DNA of 64,000 bases from Eledone cirrhosa (GCA_964016885.1 OZ024757.1:24676001-24740000); one strand, 5' to 3'. Positions 1 to 14,482 are shown, counted from the stretch's first letter. The notes: generated from the sequence alone by a model not told the origin. Translations and numbers: made by a program.

Positions 1-212
1 TATGTATATATGTGTATATATATGTGTGTGTGTGTGTATACATATATATGTGTGCATGTGCATGTGTGTGTGTATATGTGTATGCATACATACACACTTC
101 CTTATATGGGTATATTACTAAATAATAAACATCTTTTCTAATCATCTTATCTACAAATGTATTTTAGGTTCTTTAAACTTATATAGAACTAATAAAATGT
201 TATATATATATA

Positions 213-548
213 TGGTTTAGTGGTTAGAGCATTGGGCTTGCAATCGAAAGGTTGTGAGTTCAATTCTCAGACCGGGTGATGTGTTGTTTCCTTGAGCAAG
301 ACAATTTATTTCACATTGCTCCCGTTTACTCAGCTGTAGAAATGAGATGATAGGGACTATGGTCCCTATCATTCCACTGCAAAGTGGTCGTGCAGGTGCC
401 ACGGCAAAAAAGCACCCAGCACTCACTGTAAATGAGGTTGGTGTTAGGAAGGGCATCCAGCTGTAGAAACCAAGCCAGAATCAGTTCCCGTCCCACCCTT
501 GCAAGCAGGGAAAAGTGGACGTAAAATGAAATGATAATGATGATGATG

Positions 549-550
<2 letters not shown>
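213..550 (+). mobile_element. tRNA-derived CORE-type SINE (family A) with RTE-like 3' tail
   Basis: A-box-like tggtttagtgg, B-box gagttcaattc, CORE-like ccttgagcaagaca...cagctgtagaaatgag, 3' end cccttgcaagcagggaaaagtggacgtaaaa(tga)n. Five further copies in the window. Confidence 0.85.
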
Positions 551-1300
<750 letters not shown>

Positions 1301-1302
1301 TA

Positions 1303-1399
1303 TTACTATAATAACGCACTTTCTAAAGCCGGCTATCCTGATAAAATCAAATATAGTAAAGAAACAAATTCTAGAAGAACTTACAGTAGAATAATTAAT
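1303..1399 (+). mobile_element. Possible Penelope-like element fragment (RT-linker region)
   Basis: Translates [20 protein letters not shown], resembling the Y..AL..SGY...Y motif after the Penelope RT. Recognised from memory only. Confidence 0.4.
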
Positions 1400-1568
1400 C
1401 AACAACTTAATCTCTTCACCTTCTATTTATTAAATATCATATATATATATATATATCATATATATATATCATATATATATATCATATATATATATATATC
1501 ATATATTCTCTTTTACTTTCTCTTTTACCTGTTTCAGCCATCCGGCTGAGGCCATGCTGGGGCACCGC

Positions 1569-2125
1569 ATATATATATGATCTATATATATTATATATAT
1601 ATGATATATATATATGATATATATATATATGATATATATATATATGATATATATATATGATATATATATATATGATATATATATATATGATATATATATA
1701 TATGATATATATATATGATATATATATATGATATATATATATGATATATATATATATGATATATATATATGATATATATATATATATATATGATATATAT
1801 ATATATATATATATGATATATATATATATATATATATATGATATATATATATATATATATATATGATATATATATATATATGATATATATATATATTATA
1901 TATATATATATCATATATATATATATATATATATATATCATATATATATATATATAACTTATATATATAATATATATATATATATCATATATATATATAT
2001 CATATATATATCATATATAACATATATATATATATAATATATATATATATCATATATATATATATCATATATATATATATATATCATATATATAACATAT
2101 ATATATATATATAAAATATATATAT

Positions 2126-2159
<34 letters not shown>

Positions 2160-2460
2160 ATATATATATATATATCATATATATATATATATATATATAT
2201 CATATATATATATATATATATATATATCATATATATATATATATAACATATATATATATCATATATATATATATATAACATATATATATATATAATATAT
2301 ATATATATCATATATATATATATATATATATCATATATATATATCATATATATATATATATATCATATATATATCATATATAACATATATATATATATAA
2401 TATATATATATATCATATATATATATATCATATATATATATATATATCATATATATATAT
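1569..2460. repeat. (TA)n microsatellite with GA/TC interruptions
   Basis: Direct reading. Confidence 0.95.
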
Positions 2461-3627
2461 AAGGCGGCGGTCCCTTCTGGGAAATGGTCGTGCTCGGTAT
2501 GTAGGAAAGGCGTAGGTAGAAACTCCATCTTATGTCCTAAATGCAAAGTATGGGTGCATAAAAGATGTAGATCACAGGTAAGCTAACTAAGAACATAGAC
2601 TTTACATGTGGCCGGTGTTCTGGTGCAATAAGTAGCAGCAAGTGCCCACAAAATACTAGCTCTTTCAATTGCGCAGAGGGTTCTATAGAAATAGTGGACA
2701 GCTTCCGTTACCTGGGCGATAAAATCAGCAGTGGGGGAGGGTGCTCTGAAAGTACTGTAGCTAGAGTCAGAACTGGTTGGAAAAAGTTCAGAGAGCTTAT
2801 ACCACTATTAGCTGCTAAAGGGTTCTCCCTAAAAATGAAAGGCAGGTTGTACGATGCCTGCATACGAACAGCAATGTTGCATCGTAGTGAGACCTGGGCA
2901 TTGTGTGCAGAGGATATACGCAGACTAGAGAGGAACGAAGCTTGCATGCTCCGCTGGATGTGTAACAGTAATATACGTGAACGGCAAAGCATAAACGAAC
3001 TAAGGAAAAAATTAGAGATAAGAGGGATCAGATGTTGTTTACTCGAGAGAAGGCTGCGTTGGTATGGACACATGATGCGCATGAAAGTCGATAGCTGTAT
3101 TACAAAGTGCAGGGCAATAAAGATAGACGGTAGCCACGGAATAGGCAGACCTAGAAAAACATGGGATGAGCTGATAAACTCCGACCTCACACACTTACAC
3201 CTCTCCAAGCAATGTCACTGGACCGTGACCTTTGGCGGTACTCAGTAACAGAGAAGACCCGCCTTGCCAGTAGGCATCTCTAACAAACTACACCCCGTCC
3301 CGCCACCACCCCCACCCCATCCACACCACCCCGTTCTATGTAAAGTTATGTTGGTGCCGCGCCATCCAGGCCGAAACAAATGAGATCGTGTAGGTGTCAC
3401 GACAAAAAAACACACTGTCCACGCTGTAATGTGGCCGTGTAGGCAACACGGTAAAAACCTCCCATACCCACACTGTAAATGTGGTTGGTGTTAGGAAGGG
3501 CATCCAACTGTAGAAAACCTGCCAGACAGTCCTATGCGAGCAAGACAATCACTCTTGCCTCAAGTGGGACTACCCCCGTCCAAACCCATGCAAGCGTGGA
3601 ACACGGACGTTAAACGTTGATGATGAT
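2461..3627 (+). mobile_element. 5'-truncated copy of the RTE LINE at 43220-47046 (frameshifted)
   Basis: Near-identical to 45839-47046. Has a 4-bp deletion in the PHD region, a 1-bp deletion near the ORF end, a ~28-bp deletion removing the stop codon and a (TGA)n tail. Confidence 0.95.
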
Positions 3628-3739
3628 ATATATATCATATATATATCATATATAACATATATATATATATATCATATATATATCATATATATATATATCA
3701 TATATATAACTTATATATATATATATATATAATATATAT

Positions 3740-3771
<32 letters not shown>

Positions 3772-4135
3772 ATATATATATATATATCATATATATATAT
3801 ATATCATATATATATATATATAACATATATATATATCATATATATATATATAACATATATATATATATAATATATATATATCATATATATATATATATAT
3901 CATATATATATATCATATATATATATATATATATCATATATATATATCATATATATATAATATATATAGATCATATATATATAATATATATAGATCATAT
4001 ATATATAATATATATAGATCATATATATATATATATATCATATATATATATCATATATATATAATATATATAGATCATATATATATATATATATCATATA
4101 TATATATATATGTATCATATATATATATATATATA

Positions 4136-4812
4136 TCATCATCATCATCATCATCGTTTAACGTTCGTGTTCCATGCTTGCATGGGTTTGGACGGGAGTT
4201 TTCCCACTTGAGGCAAGAGAGGTAGTCTTGCTCGCATAGGACTGTCTGGCGAGTTTTCTACAGTTGGATGCCCTTCCTAACACCAACCACATTTACAGTG
4301 TGGGGCTGGGAGGTTTTTACCGTGTTGCCTACACGGCCACATTACAGCGTGGACTCTCTGGCAGGTTTTCTACAGCTGGATGCCCTTCCTAACACCAACC
4401 ACATTTACAGTGTGGGACTGGGAGGTTTTTACCGTGTTGCCTACACGGCCACATTACAGCGTGGACTGTCTGGCGGGTTTTCTACAGTTGGATGCCCTTC
4501 CTAACACCAACCACATTTACAGTGTGGGGCTGGGAGGTTTTTACCGTGTTGCCTACACGGTCACATTACAGCGTGGACTGTGTGTTTTTTTTTGTCGTGA
4601 CACCTACACGATCTCATTTGTTTCGGCCCGGATTTTGTGGCACCAACATAACTTTACATTGAAAGGGGCGGTGTGGATGGGGTGGGCGTGGTGGGACGGG
4701 GGTGTATTTTGCTAGAGATGCCTACTGACTGTAGTAGGTTTTACTTTGTATTTAGGTAACGCGGGTCTTCTCTATTACTGAGTACCGCCAAAGCTCTCGG
4801 TCCAGTGACATT
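4136..4812 (-). mobile_element. RTE 3' fragment with internal 112-bp triplication
   Basis: Reverse complement of the RTE ORF end plus 3'UTR; cag(t/c)tggatgcccttcc recurs at 4261, 4373 and 4485. Confidence 0.9.
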
Positions 4813-4814
4813 TC

Positions 4815-4991
4815 ATATATATATATATATATATATATCATATATATATATATCATATATATATATCATATATATATATATATGATATAAATATATATAT
4901 CATATATATATATATATATATCATATTTATATATATATATCATATATATATATATATATCATATTTATATATATATATCATATATATATAT

Positions 4992-5040
<49 letters not shown>

Positions 5041-5549
5041 TATATACATATATCATATATACATATATCATATACATATATCATATATATATATATCATA
5101 TATACATATATATGATATATATATATATCATATATATATATATGATATATATTTTAATATAGATGAGATTCTACAGGACTAGAACTGTTTCATTCATTAG
5201 AAATCATCAGGAATCAGGATATATATATATGATATATATATATGATATATATATATATATATATATATCATATATATATATCTATCATATATATATATAT
5301 ATCATATATATATATCTATCATATATATATATATATATCATATATATATATATATATATCATATATATATATATATATCATATATATATATATATCATAT
5401 ATATATATATGATATATATATATATCATATATATATATATATGATATATATATATCATATATATATATATATATATATATCATATATATATATCATATAT
5501 ATATATATATCATATATATATATATATATCATATATATATATATATATC

Positions 5550-5587
<38 letters not shown>

Positions 5588-6098
5588 TTTCCTTATCGAG
5601 CCCTCTTTGGATTTTAGTCTTCAATTTTATTATTATTACTATATCATATATATATATATATATGATATATATATATATATATATATCATATATATATATC
5701 ATATATATATATATCATATATATATATCATATATATATATCATATATATATATATATATCATATATATATATCATATATATATATATATATCATATATAT
5801 ATATCATATATATATATCATATATATATATATATCATATATATATATATATATCATATATATATATCATATATATATATCATATATATATATATATATCA
5901 TATATATATATCATATATATATATATATATCATATATATATATCATATATATATATATATATCATATATATATATATATCATATATATATATATATATAT
6001 ATATATCATATATATATATATATATATATATCATATATATATATATATATATCATATATATATCATATATACATATCATATATATATCATATATACAT

Positions 6099-6133
<35 letters not shown>

Positions 6134-6177
6134 TATATATATCATATATACATATCATATATATATATATTATATAT
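4815..6177. repeat. (TA)n/(TATC) microsatellite with small embedded elements
   Basis: Direct reading; short non-microsatellite islands at ~5160-5220 and ~5585-5640. Confidence 0.93.
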
Positions 6178-6229
6178 GTACCAGTTCTATCCAGCGGTGA
6201 ACCACCAAACCTAAATGAATATATATATC

Positions 6230-6922
6230 TTCATCATCATCATGGTTTAACATCCATTTTTCCATGCTAGTATGAGTTAGATGCGTTCTCTCGTTTGAGG
6301 CAAGTTGGGTCAGGTGACCATGTCTTGCTCAGATAGAACTGTTTTTTGCTTGGTTTCCATAACTGGATGCCCTTCCTAACATGACCACTTTACATTATGG
6401 AGTGGGTGTTTTTTATCATGACACCAGTACGACTACTTTACAGTGTGGGCTGGGTGCTTTTTATCATGGCCCTAACATAACCTCTTTACAGTGTGGACTT
6501 GGTACTTTTTGTTGTGCCACCTACACAACCACTTTACAGTATGGACTGGGTGTTTTTTTATCATGACACCAATATGACCACTTTACAGTGTGAGCTGGGT
6601 GCTTTTTGTTGTGCCACCTACATGACCACTTTACATTGTAGGCTGGATGCTTTTTATCATGACACCAACATAACCACTTTACAGTGTGGACTTGGTACTT
6701 TTTGTTATGCCACCTACACGACCACTTTACAGTGTGGTGGGTGCTTTTTGTTGTGCCACCTACATGACCACTTTACAGTGTGGGCTGGGTGCTTTTTATC
6801 ATGGTACCAACATAACCACTTTACAGTGTGGACTTGGTACTTTTTGCTATGCCACCTACATGACCACTTTACAGTGTGTGCTGGGTGCTTTTTGTTGTAG
6901 CACCAAAATAACCACTTTACAC

Positions 6923-6923
<1 letters not shown>
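6230..6923 (-). mobile_element. RTE/SINE-tail-derived element with a tandemly amplified ~39-40-bp module
   Basis: (CAT)n tail and ggatgcccttcctaac motif, followed by about 13 copies of accactttacagtgtgggctgggtgc(t)n... Confidence 0.75.
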
Positions 6924-6967
<44 letters not shown>

Positions 6968-7029
6968 ACAAATGACTTACAGCCAATCACCTCAGGTTGC
7001 AGCTATTGTATTACATAGTTTGTGTATAA

Positions 7030-7225
7030 TAATTGTTTCTATTTTTGGCATAAGGCCAGCAATTACCTAAGTGCATTACTGGTGCCTTATTTTATCGACA
7101 TCCCCGTAAGGATGAAAGGCAAAGCCAACCTCAGAATGGATTTGAACTCAGAACGTAAAGGGCCATAACACTATGCTGCAAAGCATGGTGTCTGACGCTC
7201 TACTAATACTGCCAATCCACCATCC
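7030..7225 (-). mobile_element. tRNA-derived SINE family B
   Basis: Matches the family consensus ggattggcagtatcggtagag...gagttcaaatcccgccgagg...ctttcatccttacggggtcgataaaataaagtaccagtaatg...tagaaacaatt. Confidence 0.8.
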
Positions 7226-7759
7226 TGTATAATAATAATTATTAATTATCTGCAGTGAGCTACACAATAAAAGCACCCTGTACATGCTATAAAGTGGTTG
7301 GTGATAGAAAGGACATCTAGCCATAGAAAACTTGCCATACAAAGGGTTGAGAGGACCCTTTAGTAGTGTGAAGGACATGACAGCCTCTCTAGTGTTTGCT
7401 GATCTACACAAGAAATGCACCGGGTACACTCTGTAAAGTGGTTGGTGTTATGAAGGACATCCAGCCGCAGAAAGCTTGCCAAACAAGGGGTTATACTAAC
7501 CCTTCAGTTTATGTCAAAAGACACGTCAACTTCTCCTCTGCACTCGATATCACCATGCATAAGTGGGATACAGACCACCTCGGACTGTATGGGACAACAG
7601 TGGCTCCGCCTCAGTACTGACTTAGTCTATGTAGACCTGTTCAATCGTTGCTAGAAACAAAAGCAGACATTAACATTAAATGATGATCATCATGATGTGA
7701 GACTACAACCCATTGCATAATTGGCCATGCTCCACACATTCAATGCACGCCTTCGTGCA

Positions 7760-8018
7760 CTACAAGCAGCACATTGATTTGGTGCTTATCCCAGTTTCAC
7801 TTCATAGCCTGAAGCAACTGACAGTACAAGACTCCCCCCGGACAGGACGCCAGTCCATTATAGGGTTAAACCCCCAGCTATTGCTGGTACTCATTTTCAG
7901 CTGATTATATTGGAGCAACGTGAAATGAAGTGTTTTTTCTCAAGAACACATGCAACCCAGCCCAGGAATCGAACCCACGACATTACAATCATAAGTCCAA
8001 CACCCTTACCTCTAGGCT
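7760..8018 (-). mobile_element. Degenerate CORE-type SINE with a different 3' part
   Basis: Minus strand shows B-box ggttcgattcc followed by a CORE-like ttcttgag...cacttcatttcacgttgctcc...cagctgaaaatgagtacc. Confidence 0.65.
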
Positions 8019-8320
8019 CACATCATGATCATCATCATTTAATACAATCACGTGAAATTTTTTCTCTACCCCACCCTCCAATGATCCAAGCTACTGCCAA
8101 TCACTGAAATAAACTATAATCTCCAATAAACCTTAACAAAATAACACCATGTAGCCCTGTATACAGTTCATATATGACCAAAGGAAAAGACCATTAAACT
8201 GTAAAATGTAAATTTATTATAAACATGGTTTAAAACGGAAACAAAGTAAATCCAGAAAACGCGAAATGCATATGTATGAATATATATATTAAATAAATAT
8301 ATATATATGTGTGAGTGTAT

Positions 8321-8361
<41 letters not shown>

Positions 8362-8521
8362 ATGAAAATATTTATATGTATATATACATTTTTATCTGTA
8401 TAATATGTATATATAAATTTTTATCTGTATAATATGTATATATACATTTTTATCTGTATAAATATATATATATATCACAAATATATACATGTATCTATAT
8501 CATCATCATTATTTAATGTTT

Positions 8522-8922
8522 GCAGTGGATTGGCAGGGTCGGACGCCATGCTTTGACGCATAGAGTTACAGCCCTTGCCATTCTGAGTTCAAATCCCGCT
8601 GAGATTAGTTAACTTTGCCTTTCATCCTTATGGGGTCGATAAAATAAAGTACCAGTAATACACTGGGGTAATAGTTGGCCTTGTGCCAAAAGTAGAAACA
8701 ATTATTTAATGTTTGCAGGGTGTTGGATTGGCAGTATCGGTAGAGGGTCGGATGCCATGCTTTGATGCATAGAGTTATGGCCCTTGCCATTCTGAGTTCA
8801 AATCCCGCTGAGGTTAGTTAACTTTGCCTTTCATCCTTATGGGGTCGATAAAATAAAGTACCAGTAATGTACTGGTTAATTGCTGGCCTTGTGCCAAAAG
8901 TAGAGTAGAAACAATTATTTAA
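8522..8922 (+). mobile_element. Two tandem SINE family B copies
   Basis: Head-to-tail copies at ~8522-8705 and ~8720-8920. Confidence 0.85.
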
Positions 8923-9420
8923 TGTTTGCTGCCTCTGCTAGCAACGGTTGGTGTGTATGTGTGTGTGTGTGGGGGGGGGGTCATCAACAGACCGTGTCGG
9001 TACTTAAGTTGGGGAATGGAGCATCTAAGAATTAAGCTTAAGCTGTTTCAATAACCAAAATGAAGATTTCTCATTTAGACCTGACTGTTGGGCTTCTCTT
9101 CCTATAAAATATCTGCACTCTACTCTACTTTCTTTAACCCTTTAGCATTTAAACTGGCCAAATCCGGCTAGAATTCTCTCACTTCTTTCTGTTCAAACCG
9201 GCTGTAACTGGCCGCTCATATCTACATTACGGTATTATTCTCAAAATAAATAACATCAAAATCTCATAGATTCAATATTATGTGAGATAAAGCCTTTACT
9301 GTGAAAATACAATAGTATATATAGAGTAATGTAAATGCTAAAGGTTTAAGTATAGAGTACTAAGTTGAATAATGATCTTACTAGTGAATAGAGACAATAG
9401 AAACAGAATTTACAATTCAA

Positions 9421-9940
9421 ATGGCTGAGAGTAAACTTACAAAATAATAAAGTGTACAAAAAGAGGAAAGATGATAAGACCCTGATCCGATCAGGGAAAT
9501 GGCCAGGCCTGATATGCAGAAAAAGAATAGGCAGAAACTCTGAACGATATACATAATGCAAATCTTGGATACACAAGAGTTGTAGTGGGATAGCAGACAG
9601 ACTAACAGGAAAGGAAGTTGTATGTACTAGATGCACAGATGTAATCAACAAGAAGAGCATCAGTGATATAAACCGATTCTAAGAAGGATACATAGATGTG
9701 GCTGAAAGCTTCTGCTATCTAGGTGACTAAATTAGAAGTGGAGGAGGATGCTCTGAGAGTATAATAGCTAGAATAAGGATAGGATGGAGGAAGTTTGGCG
9801 AACTACTCCCACCGTTGACAACAAAAGGTTTCTCCCTAAGTGAAAAGGATGGCTGTATAAAACCTGTGTGCAAAATACGATGCTGCATGGTAGTGAAACA
9901 TGGACAGTGACTGCAGAGGACATGTGTAGGCTGGAAAGAA
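9421..9940 (+). mobile_element. Old degenerate RTE fragment (PHD and thumb region)
   Basis: Remnants SGKW..., SFCYLGD.I.SGGGCSESIIARIRIGWRKF and MLHGSETWTVTAEDMCRLERN, with stops and frameshifts. Confidence 0.85.
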
Positions 9941-10048
9941 ATATATATATATATATATATATCATCATCTGGACCTGTTATTTTTATCTAAAGACATTTT
10001 TTCCAATTCCATCCCGCCTGTCCCCTCAATTTATTTTATTTCTCATTC

Positions 10049-10086
10049 TTTCTTCTGATGAAGGACTAGTGTCCAAAACGTTAAGA
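10049..10086 (+). ncRNA. Degenerate minimal hammerhead-ribozyme-like motif
   Basis: tctt CTGATGA a ggac tagt gtcc AAAAC gtt aaga; the GAAA core is mutated to AAAA. A related copy lies on the minus strand at ~17103-17138. Confidence 0.45.
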
Positions 10087-10180
10087 CCCTCTTCCTGCTA
10101 TATCAAGTGTTAACCTAATATATACCTTCCATATACTGCACCGATTGTGTTGTTATTTCTGTTTACCTTTTACATACATA

Positions 10181-10213
<33 letters not shown>

Positions 10214-10572
10214 TTAGGTTTGAAGGTTCACCACTGGATAGAGCTGGTCAATTCCGTATGGTCAATCTTAATGTAATAATATGAAGAGTACTCAACGTAA
10301 AGCAGCTCAACCGTCTTCGTTTGTGTAGTTGGTGGTGTGAGTACGGAGTTTAATAAATAATAAATCTTTCAAGGATTTACACAAGTCCAGCCTCCTGTTA
10401 TTTTATTATAATTACATATATATATATATTAATTTATCAAAATAACAGATTAAAGTTTAAGCAAAGAATCGCTGCTTTCACCCTTAACGGGATCTTTTGA
10501 AACTAAAAAAATCAATCTGTGAACACAGAAGTAAATATTTCGAAAAACGTTGCAACCGAAGGAAGACGGAAA

Positions 10573-10614
<42 letters not shown>

Positions 10615-11337
10615 AAAATGTTTGACCCTGTCGGGGTTAAACATTTTCCTATTACCCACTCTACTACCCTAAATATTGAGTACTCTGGTGCTCTATGGTC
10701 CATCTGGTTCCTTGCCGCACCTCCTTCGTTATATATATATATATACAAATGGAAGCTTAGTAAAATCGAAGCTTTGGCTGTGGCCAAGCAAAGTCGATCT
10801 ACAATTAGGAATGAGCAGCAAAGCACTCAATAAGGTTGCAGGCCTTAGAGTAATAACATACGTTTAGACAGCTTGACAAATTGAAAATTGTGGTAGGTAA
10901 ACCTAGAAACACAATACCAAAACAACGAAAAAACTAATGAAGTTAGACAACTGACCTGGACAAATCGAACGATATTTTGCAATACGTCCGATAGGTTTCT
11001 ATGAATCCGAAATCATCCATCCAACTTACGTAATATGTAAGCCTGTGGTATTCCATGATCGAACAGTCGATTCACGTCATCAACAGGAAATTTTGTTCTA
11101 TGCCTCAAGCTGGTGTGGAATGCAACGCAGAACTGCTACCGTTGGCAGCCCTCAGTGTTTCACTGTCTCGTGTTATTTCCAGCAAGGGAAGTAACACCCG
11201 GTTTTTGGCGGGCAAATTCAAAGTGTGAACAATGGAAATCAATTCCATTCCACATTCCGAATGAAAAGCTCTCGACTAGACGTTATTAAACAAACATAAA
11301 TAATTATATATATATATATATGTGTGTGTGTGTATAT

Positions 11338-11700
11338 ATATCATATAAGAAACAGAGAATCAGTGGTATGACAAATTAAAATTTATTAGACATATTACAA
11401 TCGTTTCTCTGGTGACCAGCTCGAGGCACGATCAATGTGCAATGATCGAACCTGACTCTGATACGTCTCGATTCTTCGAAGAATCGGGACGTATCAGAGG
11501 ATCTTGCGATTTCAGAGTCAGGTTCGATCGTGCCTCGAGCTGGTCGCCAGAGAAACGATTGTAATATGTTTAATAAATTTTAATTCGTCGCACCACTGAT
11601 TCTCCGTTTCTTATGTGATATTATACTCTGCTCTGTAAGAGCATCAAGTGCTCAAACGGCCTACCGCATACGGACGCTTTAAGCATCCTACAACAATTAT
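11338..11700. mobile_element. Fold-back (palindromic) non-autonomous element, copy 1
   Basis: Arms ~11338-11434 and ~11527-11621, inner palindrome 11456-11499, asymmetric tail 11622-11700. Second copy at 17706-18027. Confidence 0.8.
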
Positions 11701-11733
11701 ATATATATATTTATATATATAAATATATATATA

Positions 11734-11799
<66 letters not shown>

Positions 11800-11802
11800 T
11801 AT

Positions 11803-13450
11803 GTAGGAGGTGAGTTTTATTGTAGTACAATAAAGCAATGCAGATATCGGATAAGAAGCACTCTACAGTTTGTAGGACTGGAGTATACATAATATACGGC
11901 TCTCTCAGAACTCATATGGTCCTTGAAAGACAAAAACATTAAATATACCATCTTTTGGAAGAAGGTTTCTTCTGCATCCTCATACTTGAACAGCTCTCTA
12001 TCTAAAATCTGTAATCTCTGCCTAAATGAAAAAATTTACCATTATCTCTAATCTAGATTTTATAATAAATAGACGTACAGATTTGTTTTCTATCTGCCTG
12101 CATAAATTCCATAGGACTTTTCACAAAGTATACAGCTAATATTCAATTCTTTATCAATTTAGAATCTTTTCTCAAAGGCACATATACATACACCTCTTTA
12201 AAATATACCCATCTTCCTACCTTACTTCAAAGGGCATTATACACTCTATAATACTTGTTTACTCATTACTCTCATTCTATCTTCACCTTGTAAAATCCTT
12301 CATAACATATACATTTGTTTTTTTGACGTTAGAATATTCATCCGCAATTATTATTATTTTTTCTCTCTATCATAAAACTTTTTAATCTCAATTTCATCCT
12401 TAATTTATTATTTTTTTCTCCCCATCAACGAACTCATTCTTAATACATATTAACTCTTTCTTCGCACATATTATCAACTCCTTCAATATACAAACCTTAA
12501 CTTCACATTATTTTTCTTAAATCATCTAATACACAAACCTTAATAATTTGTTAATACATATTAACTCTTTCTTCGCACATATTATCAATTCCTTCAATAT
12601 ACAAACTTTAACTTCACATTATTTTTCTCAAATCCTTCTACACACAAACCTTAATAATTTTTTCTCTTCGTTAATTTTGAAATTGCCACAATACTTATCA
12701 ACATACACCTTTTTGACGTTAGAATATTCATCCGCAATTATTATTTTTTCTCTCTATCTTCATACATAAACTCCCTCTCTTTCCTCGTAAATATTTTTCC
12801 CTTCGTTAATTTTCAAATTCTTTTAATTTATACATTATCTTCCAACGGTTCTCAACCTCTCTATGTAAAACAATATAACTTTTCTCAACCTCTCTATGTA
12901 AAACAATATAACTTTTCTCAGTTATAAAAACTATCTCTTTCTCTCTATCACCCATCTCTCCCTCTCCACCTTCACTCTCATCTCCTCCCCCTTTTTTCAT
13001 CCTTTCCACCCCCCCTCCCTAAATAAAATATTTTTTCCTCGTACATATTTTTCCCTTCGTTAATTTTCAAATTCTTTTAATTTATACATTATCTTCCAAC
13101 GGTTCTCAACCTCTCTATGTAAAACAATATATCTTCTCTCAGTTATAAAAACTATCTCTTTCTCTCTATCACCCATCTCTCCCTCTCCACCTTCACTCTC
13201 ATCTCCTCCCCTTTTTCATCCTTTCCACCCCACCGCCTCTCTAAATAAAATATTTTTCCCAATATCACACATCAATCTAAAACCACTTTTTCATATGTTG
13301 ATTTAAAACTGCACTATCCACAAGTGTTTTTTAGCCTTCATATCATGTTCTCCTGTTTTATCTGATGAAAACACAAATATTATTGCATGATGATGTTTGT
13401 TTTTGAAATGCGCATAATAAAATACATGGAACTCCTTTAACCATCTTTTG
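11803..13450 (+). mobile_element. Penelope-like element 3' part (GIY-YIG endonuclease C-terminus, AT-rich 3' region, hammerhead-like end)
   Basis: Translates [23 protein letters not shown]...[10 protein letters not shown]...INRRTDLFSICLHK, the typical PLE GIY-YIG C-terminus. CTGATGA...GAAA at ~13362-13409; internal duplications of ~104 and ~254 bp. Confidence 0.75.
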
Positions 13451-13454
13451 ATCT

Positions 13455-13485
<31 letters not shown>

Positions 13486-13602
13486 TTATAAATATATATA
13501 TATATATATTTATAAATATATATAAATATATAAATATTTATAAATATATATATATATATTTATAAATATATATATATATATATTTATAAATATATATATA
13601 TA

Positions 13603-13647
<45 letters not shown>

Positions 13648-13827
13648 ATATAGATATATATTTATATATACATGTGGGGGCATATATATATGTGTGTGTG
13701 TGATATATATACATATTTGGCATCACAAACAGCACGATTGAGATATGCAAAAGAATTTGGACATTTTAACATTTTTAACTCAAGTGAATTATTGAACAGA
13801 CTTAAGAGTTGTAGTCGTAAAGTTTTT

Positions 13828-13847
13828 TTTATTAAATTACTTTTATT
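13828..13847 (-). terminator. Polyadenylation signals (2x AATAAA) of the chitin-binding gene
   Basis: tttatt at 13828-13833 and 13842-13847 on +, 50-70 nt past the stop codon at 13896. Confidence 0.55.
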
Positions 13848-13895
13848 ATAGGGTGAGGGTTGGGATGAGAATGGGGTGAGTGTTGCGGTAAGAGT

Positions 13896-14167
13896 TTAAA
13901 ATACAGCCAGAAGGATCAAGACATATGTTGATATAAGCAGTCTTTGAGTTAATCTGTTATTTGAACTTCCTTTGTTAGTTGTACTATAAGGCGTTGATCC
14001 TGTCACATGTTTCGACGATCCTGTCACATGTTTTGACGATCCTGTCACATGTTTTGACGATCCTGTCACGTGTTTTGACGATCCTGTCACGTGTTTTGAC
14101 GATCCTGTCACGTGTCGTGTTGTTCCAGTAAAATGGTGACTGTGTGATATAAAGGTTGTGTATTCCC
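13896..14167 (-). CDS. Terminal exon 5 of the putative GPI-anchored chitin-binding mucin-like gene
   Basis: Acceptor tttatttactgcag|GG, phase 1. Encodes EYTTFISHSHHFTGTTR(HVTGSSK)x5 HVTGSTPYSTTNKGSSNNRLTQRLLISTYVLILLAVF*, with a hydrophobic C-terminus. Confidence 0.75.
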
Positions 14168-14252
14168 CTGCAGTAAATAAATTAAAAAATATATGTATGT
14201 ATACATGAATGCGTGTATGTATGCATGTATGTGTGTGTACATAAATACATCC

Positions 14253-14290
<38 letters not shown>

Positions 14291-14419
14291 ATGGATTGTA
14301 ACTTTACGTTATTGTTGGCCCACCAACTTGAGCGATACACATCAAACCTTGAGCTGATCAATCGCAAAATGCACATCACACCTGAATAAACTTAATGTCA
14401 ATACTTTGACACTTCGTTC

Positions 14420-14482
<63 letters not shown>

